DNA of 64,000 bases from Felis catus (lineage: Eukaryota). Under the pieces are notes generated by a model. The model did not search any database. It was not told the origin of the DNA and saw nothing but the letters and a program-made list of their open reading frames with translations. Each line of letters starts with the position of its first letter. Within the stretch, counting starts at the first letter, position 1. Of this stretch, positions 12,770 through 26,438 are shown in pieces. A program made the translations under genes and the position numbers. The stretch lies in the NCBI RefSeq assembly GCF_018350175.1, contig NC_058368.1, positions 201,068,001 to 201,132,000 on the forward strand. The letters are read 5' to 3'.

Positions 12770-13790
12770 CACACATTCCATTTTTATTTACTATATACAC
12801 TTGGTAATATATGTATTATTGAATAATGTAATGCTGTTTTGTATATGTATGCATTTTAATTTCATATGTGGTGTTAGGCTATAAATGTTCTATTTCTTAT
12901 GCTTTTCCACCCAACATTTTAGGATCTATGCCTAGTTCATTGATTGTAACTCCATCATGATGCCACATTGTTTTTATCTTTCTTTTTACTTATCCATTTC
13001 CATAATGATAAACATCTAGTTTGCTTCTGTATGCTTGCTACCACACACACACAAAAGACAGCAATTGGCTATACAAAACTTTCTCTATAAATACCCAGTA
13101 ATAGCATCTTTGGATAATAGATTACATACATACTTTACTTCATCAAAACATGTAAAATGTATCTCATGAAGAATTATACCAGTTTACATTGTGACAGGCA
13201 ATGAGTAAGGAACTGTCTTTTTTCACATCCTGGCCAATATCTAGGTACTTTCTAAATTTCAATAATTGGATGCTTATAAATATCTAATTGTCATATTAAT
13301 TTACTTCTATCCAATTAGGTATAAGCTTAATCGTCTTTTCATATATTTGTGAGCCATTTAAATTTCTTTTCCTTCTTCTTCAACAATTTTAATACTCCGT
13401 TTCTTGTTTTTCTTATTGATTTGCATGAGTCTTATTTATTGATTTATTGATTTATTGATTTATTTTCTTCTTTGGATGAGTCATATTTTAGATATTAAAT
13501 CTTTATCACTTTTAAAACAATGACTGCTACAGTTTTAGAACAATACCAATTCCAGCCTATACTCATATTCCCAAAGTGGTCCTTTTTTGAACGAAAGTCC
13601 TTAATTGATGTGTTCAATCTCTCATTTTTGCTTTAAGGTATGTCTTCTGATTTAAGGAATTTTTCACTACAAATTTCTAATTATTTGTAGTTTTACTTTT
13701 CACATTTTTGCTTTTACTTTATGTAAGTATGCCTTTTTATATGTCAACAAATTTATTTTTCCTGTATAATGAGCGAGCTATCTCCAAATC
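12770..13790 (-). mobile_element. Very old L1 (L1ME-like) 3' fragment
   Basis: T-rich; motifs such as ataaatacccagtaatagcatc, ataccagtttacatt, tttcatatatttgtgagccatt are typical of the antisense L1 ORF2 end/3'UTR. Confidence 0.6.
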
Positions 13791-16501
13791 ATTATATTTG
13801 CTGCTTTAAATAAATATTTTAAAGACCCAATAAAATACAAAAATAGGCAATTTTGGAATATTTTTGAAGCAAAAAAGAAAAATAATGTATAAGAATTATT
13901 GCAGCAAATACAGAAGGAAATGTAGCTTTGTTTTATTGTGTTTTGTTTTAGATTATTAAGTAGATAGTTTTTGTTCTAAGAAGCAGATACTTGTCCCTTT
14001 CCTACTTTATACAATGACAGAAAAAAAATCATTTTATCTTACCCTGAAATCACAAAAATAAGTTTAGAAAAAAAATAGTTTTAAATGATAACAAGGACAA
14101 AAAATATAAATGGCAAAATGTAAGGTAAGGTGCAAATTTGGATGATTCAAGCAAAAGTTTTGTTTTATTTTTAAACTTCTATTATCTGTATATTTTGCAT
14201 TTAAGAGATGAGTTTGGGACTTTACTGAAGTAATTACTCTGATTCTTTATTTTATTTTACTTATGTGGATCCAGACTCCAGGGAAGAGATTTTTATATAT
14301 CTATTTGGGTAAACTTTCTAATACTTAAACTCATTAACTGAAGCTTAACATTTTACTTCTAGCTCAATTCCCCAAGCATATTTTAGCCCTGCTAATGGAG
14401 TTGTTTACCTACATAGAACAAGTCTCAAAGTCAGAAAGTTCATAAGAATTAGAAACTTTAAATAATATAACCTAACTATATACATTATTAGCAAGGAAAC
14501 TATCGTAATTCTACATATAATCAGATTTTTAAAAAGATTTTATCTGAAACATATAGTAATGAGAAAAAAGTATTTTACCTCAATTATCTGAATAATTGGC
14601 TCTATTTTCCTCTTCATTTTGCTGGTTTAGACTTGTCCGAAGACAACGGAATAAATTTATGATAATAGAATTTTGAGCAAAAGCAGGATTTAAGAGATTT
14701 GAAAGAGTGTCATTAATTGAAATACTGCAATCCCCAAAGAGCTAAATCTTTTCAGAGACTGCATTTTTCTTCTTCTATGACATAAGTATAACAAATTTAT
14801 TTCACTGCTCTGGGTAGAAGAAAATCCTTCCTTAATTTCAAAGTGAGCACAGTCTAGGGCTTCATAAAGTCAAGTGGAATGTTGTCAATTATTTCATTAA
14901 ATGTTTCCATCATGGGACATAGTGGAGAAGTCATAATATAAAATTTGCCCTAGGCACAAATAATTCACTTGCCTGACTTTGGAGTTTGTTAGGTAATTAA
15001 TAATGACTTGACTGTACTGTGTAGTCCTAGCTCAAAACTGCATTTTGTTGTTGTTTTGCATCAATAGTTTTATGATGAAAAAACTGAATTATTTCAATTT
15101 GCTAACTAGTGTAGTGAAGCAATTATAACAATATTTGCTAAATGACTAATATGTGAAAGCACATTAATAAAGGGAGAGGAGAAGAACAGAAAAGATGACC
15201 TCAAAAGAATTTATAATCTAATGGTGGATGGACAAGGAAATAGTGGAACAGAATGAGCAAAGGTGATGGAAAAGATAATTGCTAAAACTGTGTATGGAAT
15301 TAGCCATCTTGAGAGCTGTGTTACATTGTGTTAACATTTGTTTTGCAGTGTAACTAATAAATACAGCCACAGCTTGGTGGTGGATGTTAGAGGATATAAC
15401 CTTGGTTAGGTGATGAGAGCGTGAAATTCCACACACACACAAAAAAATCTTTAAATTTTGTTTCATCAGCAAAGCCCATGGTTGAGTGCCCTACTGCTTC
15501 TAGAAATGAAAAAAAAAAAAAGATGTAATGTATAATTATCTTTGCCAGGAGGAAATGTTCTACCCAATTCTGGTATTCCCAGCAGGAGGAGGAAGTCTCA
15601 ACAGAGTTCAGAAATATAAGGTCTTAAGAAATGTCTACTACACAAGATGTTATTTATAATTGACTCCTAGACGAAACAGTTGAGTTGGATCTTGCTTATT
15701 TAATTCCTGGTGACATTGTGAACCTCAGATATGAACTATGACTTTCACTTGCAATCTCTAGATTTCAAGTCTTGTCTCTCACTACCCATAGAGAGTATAT
15801 TCTCATATTGAGTAATCTCTGAGTTACAAGTAAGTATTCCTCAGGGTAGATAATTTCCACACTGGAACTACCAAAATGCAATCCACCCTGATGATTCTAA
15901 ATCTAAGCAGGCTGTATTCCCATCCCATGCCTTTGGAGATTGTTGTTAAAACAAGATTAATTGCATTAAAGTGACCCTGTCAAGTTCATAAATGTGTCAT
16001 AGAGGGAAAAAAAACCCCAATAAGTATGGATTAAGGTACATGTAAATGGAAACTTGTTAAAAAAAACTTGATCATAATGTTATACATTATACATAAGTCT
16101 ATCTATGCTCACTATATCTTTTAGATGTAATTTTTAATGATGTCCCCAAATGCTTATAACAGGGCTTTTTGGCATTTCAAAACTATAGTATTTCTGCCAG
16201 TCTTGACATTCTAGAACATTTCTTCTACTACACAGTAGGACACATTTACTATTTTCTAAAGCCATGTAAAACTAAATGCTCTCTGTTCACAATCGACCCC
16301 TCTATTAATCCCCAGTAACAAACCACCCTCCTCAAGGTAAATCCTTTCCTGAAAGCAAAATATGCAAACTGGCAGCTCACAGTTCACATGTCGTAATGCT
16401 GGCCAGCAAACCCAGATGGCAACAATCTGCTGAGGTGAATCACAACTAATCCATTTATATATAACACCTGCCCACTGGTTTTCCACCTCCCCCCCCCCCC
16501 A

Positions 16502-16860
16502 TTTTGGATTAAATTGTGCCCCCCACCAAAAGATATGTTCAAGTCTTAACCACCAGTACCTGTGAGCATGACCTTATTTGGAAATAAAGTATTTGCAGAT
16601 GTAATCACTTTAAGATGAGGTCATACTGGATTAATGTGGGCCCTAATTCCAATGAGTTGCGTCCTTGTAAAAAAACAGAGGAATTTGAAGATGTGGGAAC
16701 ACGCACAGGAAAGAAGGTGATGTGACAATGGAGGCAGAGATTGGAGTGATAACAGCCACAAACCAAGGAATAGCAAGGTCTGCTGGTAACCACCAAAAGC
16801 TAAGAAAAGGCAGAGTTAATCCTTCCTTAGAGCCTTCAGAGGGAGCAAGCAAGGCCTGGG
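16502..16860 (+). mobile_element. MLT1 (MaLR; MLT1B/C-like) LTR, 3'-truncated
   Basis: aattgtgccccccaccaaaagatatgttcaagtc...accttatttggaaataaagtatttgcagatgtaat...ggaggcagagattggagtgat...cttagagccttcagaggga. Confidence 0.88.
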
Positions 16861-17472
16861 GTGGGGGGAGAGTAACAGCCATCTTCAGTCCAAACCAGGA
16901 ACTGACCTGTGTAAGAGATGGATTGCAATTTTTGCAAGGCCCAACTGACATCTGATTTTTCCTTGGACCTAGCGTTCCTTCAAAGACCCAACTCCTGGTA
17001 GGGCCTGAATGCCAATTTCTGTCTTCAGCTCTTAACATCCTCTATATTCAGTCATGAACAGACCAATATACTTTATTCCATAAAACTTTCAAAAATTTAT
17101 ACCCAGCATATTGTGATCATTATCTTTTTTGAACAGTTATAGCATTTGTTTATATTTAGTTAATATCACCCTTATTCTGGACTTTGAAAACGAGCTGAGT
17201 ATTTTCAATGAATAATGTCCTTTTCCCTTTTAGATTTTTAGAAAACTAAAAACTTGAGCAAATAATTATTTATTCAGCTCCCTCTGTCAGACTGGCACTT
17301 TGCTCCTCCCTTGTGATTCAGAATAAAATTAGCCTCTGCTCTATAAACAGGAATATAGATTATTGCAGTTTTATTTTAATAACCACTAAGTTTGATCTGG
17401 ATTTCTTAGATCCAAATTTTTTCAACACAGGACAGGTAGGTAATGTCCTCAATATTTTCCTTTTTCTTTAAA

Positions 17473-17672
17473 ATTTTTTTTATTGTGCTCATTTATTTTT
17501 TGAGAGAGCAAGAAGGAGAGAGCAAGCCAGGGAGGAGAGCAAAGAGAGAAGAAAGAAATCCCAAGCTGACAGCGTGGAGCCGAGGCAGGGCTCGAACTCA
17601 TGACTGTGAGGTCATGACCTGAGCCGAAACCAAAAATCGAACACTTAAATGACTAGGCCACCCAGGTGCCAC
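17473..17672 (-). mobile_element. Can-SINE
   Basis: Poly-T, tttattttttgagagag, gggctcgaactcatgactgtgaggtcatgacctgagccgaa, antisense head. Confidence 0.9.
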
Positions 17673-18141
17673 CTCAGAAATAATTTTCTGATATGTTTTT
17701 TGCTAAAAATGTCAGTCAATTCTACCTTTTGTGAAGACATTCTACAAGATTTCTTTCCCTATTGGACCCAACCATGCCAAATACTCATAAATTTTTCCCC
17801 CAACTTGTCTAGACATAAAGTTAGGATCTTTTACCTGCACTGGTTTCTCATACCTCATTCCTTTTTTCATTCTCTGGGATAAATTTTGTTTAGGACGTCA
17901 TTTCTGCTCTGAAGTAATTTCTGTGCCTACCTATTTGAGCCATTGTTTTGCTGTTTCTTATAAGTGACATTGTGAGTCATATGAGTATTTCCCAAACCTA
18001 TAACTTTCATATAGAAATTTTATTCACTACAAAAAGAAGTACAAACATTAAAATGGGCTTGTAATGGGGGAAGGGCAATATTCACACGTGTGGGTTTTAG
18101 CATACATGCCAGAGTTCAAAAACAGGTATCTTTAAAAAAAA

Positions 18142-18368
18142 TTTTTTTTAATGTTTATTTACTATTGAGAGACAGAGAGACACAGAGCATGGTCAGGGGA
18201 GGAGCAGAGAGAGGGGGAGACGCAGAATCTGAAGCAGGCTCCAGGCTCTAAGCTGTCAACACAGAGCCCGTACCTTGGGGGGGGGGGGGGCACTCAAACT
18301 CACGAACCGCTAAATCATGACTTGAGCCAAAGTCGGATGCTTAACTGACTGAGCCACCCAGGCACCCC
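18142..18368 (-). mobile_element. Can-SINE (feliform type) with internal G-run expansion
   Basis: Full antisense SINE; TSD aaaaacaggtatctttaaa at 18118 and 18370. Confidence 0.95.
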
Positions 18369-18847
18369 TAAAAACAGGTATCTTTAAATTTAATGATCAT
18401 TCAAAGTACTGAGTTTATTATTTTAATTTGATTTTCAGAAAGAATTTATATTTGTCTGCTAGGGAATTATTAGTGTGCTTTTCTCTTCTTCTGTTTGTTC
18501 CTTCTATACAGATGGGATTTTTAGAAATATACAGAGAGAATTGGGAGACAATATGCAGATTAAGGCAAGTTCAATCTCCATATCTTTCCATATGCTTGTA
18601 TGAGTCTAGTAAAATCTACTCAGTCATTATGAAGTGTCAAGGACTGCACCAGGAAAGATAAAAATGGTACCGTTCATGTCTTCTAGGTGCTCACTATGTA
18701 TTAGAAAAAAATCACATAAAGCATGTGTTTTCAGAGATCCAGATGATTTGGGAAATATGTAGGAAAAGCACCAGACAGCCTATATAGATGGCACAGGGGG
18801 GCTCCAGATGAGGTCTTAGACAAGGAGATTGCCTAAGCCAAGGCTAA

Positions 18848-19411
18848 TGCATTAGTTAGGGTTCTCCAGAGAAACAGAACCAATAGGAGAGATGATGGAT
18901 AGATATATAGGTAGGTACGTAGGTAGATGGATAGATAGATAGGTAGGTAATATAATAAAGAAATTTATTATAAGAAATTGGCTCATGTGATTCTGGAGAC
19001 TGAGAAGTCTCGAGATCCGCAGTCACCAAGTTGGAGAGCCAGGAGCACAGAAGTTGTACTTCTAGTCTGAGTCCAAAGGTCTGACAAGATGGAGAGATGA
19101 TAGCATAACTTCCAGTCCAAGTCCAAAAGCAGGAGAAAACCTCTGTTCCAGCATGAAGCCAATCAGAGAAAAAACAGCCAGGCGGAGAAAGCATATTCTC
19201 CCTCAATCAGCCCTTTTGTTCTAGTCAGACTTATAGTGAATTGGATGAGGGCCACCCACACTGGGGTAGGCGGTTTGCTTTCCTCAGCCTACCAATTCAA
19301 ATGTTCATCTCATCCAGAAACACCCTCACACACACACACAGCATAATGTGTAACCAAATATCTGAATACAACCTGGCCCAGTCCAGTTGACACATAAAAT
19401 TCACCATCACT
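18848..19411 (-). mobile_element. MLT2 (ERVL) solo LTR
   Basis: tgcattagttagggttctccagagaaacagaaccaatagga ... ccagtccagttgacacataaaattcaccatcac; internal GATA/GGTA simple repeat. Confidence 0.9.
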
Positions 19412-19844
19412 TCAAGGTATTCCAAAGATCTCATTTCCTGCAATGATTTTACAGACTCGGATATTGAATCAATATAAACCGATATTTACAGAGAATTTAA
19501 AATGTCTTTGATTTTTTTTATGTTAATCGTTTCTCTAGCAATAGGAATTACACAACAAACCTTTATTTATTCTGCATTCATAATATACGCACTAAAAGTG
19601 TAGAAAAGTAAGTAGTCATAACATGGAAACTTGCTTTACTCCCCATTTAAAGGAAAAAATGTTATCCAATGAAAAATAGCTGTAGATATATTTTACCTGT
19701 ATATTAACTATTATTTTTATTCATCTATTACAAGCTCATAAAAATTGACTGTCTTGATAAACACTTGGTTGCTAGATCAATATTATTAAACATTTAGTAT
19801 GGTTATTGATAAACATTAGTTTATCAACTAAATTAAAAACTTGA

Positions 19845-20069
19845 GGGGCGCGTGGGTGGCTCAGTCGGTTGGGCGTCCAACTTCAGCTCAGGTCACGATC
19901 CCGCGGTCCGTGAGTTCAAGCCCCGCATCGGGCCCTGGGCTGATGGCTCAGAGCCTGGAGCCTGCTTCCCATTCTGTGTCTCCCTTTCTCTCTGCCCCTC
20001 CCCCGTTCATGCTCTGTCTCTCTCTGTCTCAAAAATAAATAAACGTTAAAAAAAATTAAAAAAAAAAAA
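19845..20069 (+). mobile_element. Young Can-SINE (SINEC_Fc-like)
   Basis: CpG-rich; diagnostic tgggctgatggctcagagcc; TSD aaaaacttgag. Confidence 0.96.
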
Positions 20070-20435
20070 CTTGAGTATGGCTTTGATATAATTAATTGTA
20101 TTGCAATTATATATATATGTATATATATAGTAGTTTAATGTTTAAGATCATTAGACATACATAGAAAATACTATTAAAATTATTCATTTTGCCTAAAATC
20201 ATGTGTTTGTTCCACAGAAAATTTATTTTCTCTGAGGGAAAAAATATTTTACCATCAGTTGTAATCTATACTGTCATCTTGAGACACTTCCATGGATATG
20301 ATATTAATAGGAGTTCTACAGAGTAACGGCCACCAAGTCAAACAGGAAAGTTCACCCACTATTGGTGTGATTTTTTTTTGAAAACATTTTTGAAAAATTT
20401 GAAAATTTTTATTTTTATTAATAGTGAAAAAATAT

Positions 20436-20640
20436 GGGGCACCTGGGTGGCTCAATTGGTTAAGCTTCTGACTTCAGGCTCAGGTCATGATCTCATGGAT
20501 CGTGAGTTCAAGCCCCATGTCTGACAGCTCAGAGCCTGGAGCCTGCTTCGGATTCTGTGTCTCCCTCACTCTCTGCCCCTCCCCCACTCATACTTTGTCT
20601 TTCTCTCAAAAAAATAAATGTTAAAAAAATTTTTTTTAAA
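20436..20640 (+). mobile_element. Can-SINE (feliform type)
   Basis: ggggcacctgggtggctcaa head, gagcctggagcctgcttcggattctgtgtc body, A-rich tail. Confidence 0.93.
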
Positions 20641-20788
20641 TAATGAAGAAGGAATAGCAATAAGGAAATAACATGATGATATAGTGTAGCAAATAATAAT
20701 TCAGAAATACTAAGTAATTCAACCCTTATAATAAATTATCTGTCCTTTAAGACACATTTCTATTCACTGTTAAGAATGCCAAAATGTT

Positions 20789-20960
20789 GGGGTTCCTGCG
20801 TGGCTCAGTAGGTTAAGTGTCCAACTTGGGATCTCACAGCTTGGTTCCTGGGTTCGAGCCCTGTGTTGGGCTCTGTGCTGACAGCTTAGAGCCTGGAGCC
20901 TGCTTCAGATTCTCTCTCTCTCTTTCTCTTTCTCTCTCAAAAATAAACATTTAAACAAAA
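20789..20960 (+). mobile_element. Can-SINE with internal deletions
   Basis: ggggttcctgcgtggctcagtagg head; TSD caaaatgtt. Confidence 0.9.
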
Positions 20961-21849
20961 TAACAAAATGTTACATGTATAAGTTGTGCCCACATATTTG
21001 TCAGTTGGGTGTTTCTTACCAATATATTACCATTGCAGAAAACTAAACTGAAAATTATACAACTGCTTGGTGACATCCAAGTGCCAAGAATATTACATTT
21101 TCATTTAGATGCTGACTATAACCATTGGATCATTAGAAAATGATTCATGGAAGGAAAAATGATGACCGGTTTCTATCCTTGTGATTTGGTAACCACCTTA
21201 AATCAAGAACAAAATTCTTCCATGAAGCCAACCCGTGGTCTCTAGTAGGAGGCCTCTTACTGTTCTCTTCTCTCCCTACCTTCACATTTTTTTAGACTCA
21301 TATTTTTTTCATTTGTTGAGAGCCCCTGCTATTGGTAATTGAACCTATTAGAGAGCCACAAATTGATTGTTAGTAGTGCTAATTTCTGCCTCTAGTTTAC
21401 CCTTCAGGTTCAGTGCAACCATTTCAATTTAAACCACCTCTTCCTAGATTTGAGGTGTATCCATTACATGTGTGTGTGTGTGTGTAGACCAGCTCCTCCT
21501 GTGTCCAGGCAGGAAGGTCATCCCTGTTCTCATGGTGGAGCAATCACTTTACTGAAGAAAGTGAAAAAAAAAAAAAAAGGCAGATAGTCCAAGTTATGTC
21601 CTACCTCGAATCTAGGTTCAGTTCTACATATTGGATGAGAAGGTTGCTGTGTGCTATTGATTACAATGGTGGATCCAACTGGGGAGAAATCTGTAAGTAT
21701 AAAACAGTTCTTTTCCTTAATGAATTGCATCCTAATTAGGAACATAAAATTTTAAGCTTAAAAAAAAAGGCAAGACAATTTGAGTAGTAATTATGCTTAA
21801 TGAAAGACGAGGTGTATACTAGAAAGGAAATGATAGACGGTTAAATGAA

Positions 21850-22255
21850 TTATACAAAAGACTATCACAGTTAGGCAGCTTCCTGCTAGGGAAGTCAGAG
21901 AAAAAGTAGTTTTTGAATGCTTAAGAGGGGAGGTGAATCTTGAAAAGACAAGGAAAAGGGCAACTTAGTAATAACAGAATGGGATATATAAATATCATGC
22001 ACAGAGAAGACTCAAGGTTCCTGGATGCTGTGAAACCAACAAGTTTAGTTGTAGTAGTAGATGTTTAGGAATGAAGCAGAAAAAAAAAAAAAAAGGAATG
22101 AAGCAGAAATGAGTGTTTAAAAACTAGACTGTGAATGGCATTAATGTTACTGAAGATTTATCTGCAATGGAGAGGTATGATCTCTAGAAGATTTTTGTCT
22201 CCTGCTGATTGGAATACATGGATGGAGAATTTGTAAAGGAAAGAGGAAGATGGAC
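21850..22255 (-). mobile_element. L2 fragment
   Basis: Purine-rich degenerate sequence (ggcagcttcctgctagggaagt..., gaagatttatctgcaatggagagg) resembling the antisense L2 3' region. Confidence 0.45.
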
Positions 22256-22260
22256 TAGAG

Positions 22261-22472
22261 CAGGGATCTGCAAACTCTGGCCCATGACCCAATCCAACCT
22301 GCAGCTAATTTTGTAGATCAAGTTTGGAACCCAGCCACACTCATTTGTTTAGGCATTGTCTAGCTGCTTTTGCACTAACAATGGTGGAATTGAGTAATTG
22401 TGAGAGAGACCCTATGGCCTCCAAAGCCTGAAATATTAACTCTTCTCTACAGAGAAAGTTTTCCAAGCCCTG
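22261..22472 (+). mobile_element. MER58A-like hAT-Charlie MITE
   Basis: Termini cagggatctgcaaact / agttttccaagccctg; 8-bp TSD gactagag/gactaaag; internal ggaacccagccacactcatttgttta. Confidence 0.85.
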
Positions 22473-22663
22473 GACTAAAGAGAAGAAAACCAGTTTGGAT
22501 GTAGATTGGTGAATAGATAGATGGATTAATGAATGAGCATTTAAGTGTATGGTATTACATGTATGACATGATAGAGCATAAAGAAAGAGTTTCTGAGGGA
22601 AATTATGAATCTGAGTCCAATTAAATGAAGTTTATAGATAAGAAACTAACACCTCAAAATTAG

Positions 22664-22877
22664 GTTTTTTAAAAATTTTTTTAGAGTTTATTGATTTATT
22701 TTGAGAGAGAGTGAGCATCAGGGGTGGAGGGGCAGAGAGAGAGTATGAGAGAGAGAATCCCAAGCAGGCTCCACTTTGTCAGCATGGAGCCTCATATGGG
22801 CCTCAAACTCACAACTATGAGATCATGACCTGAGCCGAAGTCAGACACTTAACTGACTGAGCCACCCAGGTACCCCA
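22664..22877 (-). mobile_element. Can-SINE
   Basis: Antisense SINE ending cttaactgactgagccacccaggtacccc. Confidence 0.94.
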
Positions 22878-24446
22878 TAATTAGATCTTCTGTTAAGCAT
22901 TGCCCAGTGCACATCTGCGTCCTTGTGAAAATATATATGCATGTAAATGGAACATAGTTCTTTCCTTGGAGAAACTTCATTTCAAATAAGAAACACATCT
23001 TGCTTTAATTAAAAAGAGTGGTATATAACAAAATACAATGAAATTCTAAATATTTGGTACAAACTCCAAGCGCTTTTTAACTTTGGAAAAAAAAGCACGC
23101 AGTTAGGGCTTTGGTCACCAAAAGAAAACAAAATAGGAAATTGGGAAAACAAAGTCCTTAAAAATATTTCAGGCTCTGGTCCAATGTGGATATCATGTGC
23201 TGTGTTACCTAAAATGCTTGCTTGGACCTATTAGTTTAATGTGAATTGCTTTTAAGCAGAGCAACAAAGTCTAAATAACTTGAGAAAACTGCTCCAGGTG
23301 GAATATTTTGTTTCTTCAGTTCATCTCACCAACATTTCTCAGTCTTTTATGTGTATTTCTGGCAGGTCCACAGGGGAACATGGCTTCTAGATACAGTAGT
23401 TTGCAAGCCTAGATTGTTTAGTGCTTTGTTTAATGCTTCTTTTAATCAGTCCAGTTTCTTCCTGTTCTGGTTTTTGTGTAATCATTATGAGTAATGGGTG
23501 AAATTATGAACTTGATTCAGAATTTCCCATAAATTTTCAGCTCTATTCTATTTCCCTAAAATGAGTTTTGCCTTACCTCTTGTGGTTGGTCACTGAAGGG
23601 GCATTACAAATGCATTTTTAAAAATTGTAATGGAGTTTACAGAACTCTATAAAAATTACCTCGTAAGTGATTCCATAATTAAGTTTAGCTCCAAGGTTGT
23701 GCTCTAAATTGCCTTGCTTGACAGTGTACTACGTTGCTAAGCTCTCTATCCTAAAATGGATTTTCATGAGAAGACTGAGAAGTCTTGTATCATTGTGTCC
23801 ATTTGCTTGAATATTACATCAGCATTGGCAAAACCACTAAATATATTGACAAGGGGAGTGAGAATTCAATGATAAGTATTGATTAATAAGTCATTATTAT
23901 TATTTATTACAATTACTCAAATAAATAAGTCCTTTACTGAGGCTGGAACTTGCATCATATACCATTGATTTAAAAATCACAAGTAAAAAAGATAATTATT
24001 TTTAATTGAGTATTTTATAATCATTTATAATGCAATGGTCATTATAAAGAATTTGGAAAATACTTAAATTTGGAAAGAAACATAGCAGAATATCATCATC
24101 CATAACACTACCATTCAGAAACACTGTTGATTTTAAAAATAATTCCCATATGCAATTTTCTTATTAAAATATGTAAATTTAAAGGGATATCCAGAAATAT
24201 ATACAGACACATAAATCTATTTTATAAAGCTTGAATTACACTGCACATACAATATCATCTTGATTTTTCAGTTAGCTTTTGACATTTTTGGTAACATAAT
24301 TTTAGTGACTGCATAAAGCTTTGTATTTTAAATATAGCATAATTTAGAATATTCCAAATTTTCAAATATTCCAAAATGCAAGCAACATTTTGCAGAAAAA
24401 ACTTTCTGAATTTTCCTTGTCACCAAATCAAATAAGCTCACTCATG

Positions 24447-24685
24447 TTTTCTTTTTTTTTATTCACCTTTATTAAGATAAAATTCACATTGCATAAAATA
24501 TACCTTTTTAAAGTGTACAATTTGATAATTATTGGTGCCTTCATGGATTTGTGCAATCACCACCACTAGTATTTCAGAACATTTTAATCACTCCTCCCCA
24601 AAACACTAAGTACCCATTAGCCATCACTCCTCAACACCTCCTCACTTCAGAACCTGGTAATCTATTTGCTGTTTCTATGAATTTG
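24447..24685 (-). mobile_element. L1 3'UTR end fragment (L1MB/ME-like)
   Basis: Poly-T then tttattaagataaaattcacat...aaagtgtacaatt...tgtgcaatcaccaccac...cagaacatttt...cccattagccatcactcc. Confidence 0.8.
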
Positions 24686-25631
24686 ACCAAATCGATAAAG
24701 CTCTAGTGTAGTAACAGGGAATTAGAGCTAGAAGAACTGCAAGCCTCAGACCCTATTAAAAAAGAGTCTCTAGAGAAACCAAAGTTAAGAGAAGAGACCA
24801 AAACAATGACACGGAGGCAATTTTAACCTCTGAAACCATGTTTACGGCAAACAGTAAATACAGTATAACTCCCAGCCAGATAAACATTAAATCTCACACT
24901 AAAGGTTTATCCGCTTCAGTTCCTTTAACCCAACACATCACATCTACTTTCGAGGAGCAACAACAAAATTGCAAAGCATACTAAAAAGACAAGAAATATA
25001 GTCAGAAGATACAAAACAAGTATCAGAACCAGATTCAAGTATTGCAGAGATTTCTAGAATGATCAGACCTGGAACTTAGAAGTAATTATGATTAATAAGC
25101 CAAGGGCTCCAATGGAAAAGATGGGCCACATGCAAAAATAGGTGGATAATGTAAGTGGAGATGGAAAGAATCAAAGAAAAAAGGATCGAAAAGAAATAAT
25201 ACAAATCAAAAGCACTGCCACAGAAATTAAGAATGCCTTTGATGGGCTCATCAGTTCCCTGGAAATGTCCAAGGGAATAATCAGTGACTACAAAGATATG
25301 TCACGGATACTTTCCAAACTGAAAAGAGAAAACAAGGCTAAAAGAAAAAATAAAATGGAACAGAATGGAATATCCTAGGACAGTGCAACAACTATACAGA
25401 GCCTAGCAGATGCATGATGGGAATATTAGAAGGCAAAGAGAGAAAGGAACAGAAATATGTGAAGAAAAGCACCTGAAAATATTCTAAAATAATAACATAC
25501 ATGAAAGCACAGACTCTAGAATCTCCGAGAACACCAAGCAGGAAAACCAGCAAAACCTCCACACCTGGGCATATCATCATATCAGACAGAAACTACAGAA
25601 GATCAAACACAAAAATCTTGAAGGAACTCAA

Positions 25632-25845
25632 GGACATATGAGAGGTTCAGTCAGTTAAGCAACCGACTCTTGATTTCAGCTCAGATCGACATCTCAGTAT
25701 TCACGAGGTCAAGCCCTGCATTGGGCTCTGCACTGACTGAGCAGAACTGCTTGGGATTCTCACTTTCCTTCACTCTCTGCCCCTTCTCCACTCTCTCTTG
25801 CTCTCTCTCTCTCTCAAAATAAATACATAAACTTTAAAAAAAAAA
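25632..25845 (+). mobile_element. Can-SINE (older) in L1
   Basis: Degenerate head, cttgggattctc body, CT run, aaataaa tail; TSD aaaaatcttgaaggaa/aaaaatcttgcaggaa. Confidence 0.9.
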
Positions 25846-26223
25846 TCTTGCAGGAATCCAGAAGGGGGGAAATCCTCACCTATAAAGGAATAAGAAGAAA
25901 GATTACATTGGACTTTTCTTCACAAACCACGCAAGCAAGAAGAAAGTGGATGGCAATAAAGCTTTGAAAGTGGAAAACCATCAAACTAGATTTCTACATT
26001 CAGAGAAATTATCCTTCAGGAGTGAAGGAGAAATAAAGACTTCCTCAGACAAGCAATAATTGAGGAAATTTCTCACCAGTAGACCTGCCTTGCAAGAAAA
26101 GTCAAAGTTCTTCAGAGAAAAGAAAAATGATGTAAGTCAGAAATTCAGATCTACATAAAGAAAGGAAGAGCATTATGGAAAAAATAAATGAATATAAAAT
26201 AAAATCTTTGATAATGCTTATTC

Positions 26224-26438
26224 TTTTTTTACTATTTTATGTTTGTTTATTTTGAGAGAGAGAGAGACAGAGAGAGCAAGCCAGGGAGGGACAGAAAGAG
26301 AGGGATAGAGAAATACCAAGCAGGCTCCATGCTGTCAGTGTAGAACCTGATGCAGGGCTCAAAATCATGAACTGTGAGATCATGACCTGAGCCAAAACAG
26401 AGTCAGACGTTTAACCAACTGAGCCACCCAGATGCACC
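26224..26438 (-). mobile_element. Can-SINE in L1
   Basis: Antisense SINE ending ttaaccaactgagccacccagatgcacc; flanking ttattctt repeats. Confidence 0.92.

Noticed and set aside
16643..17038. Longest ORF in the track (131 aa, minus)
   Set aside because: About half is antisense MLT1 LTR and it resembles no protein I know
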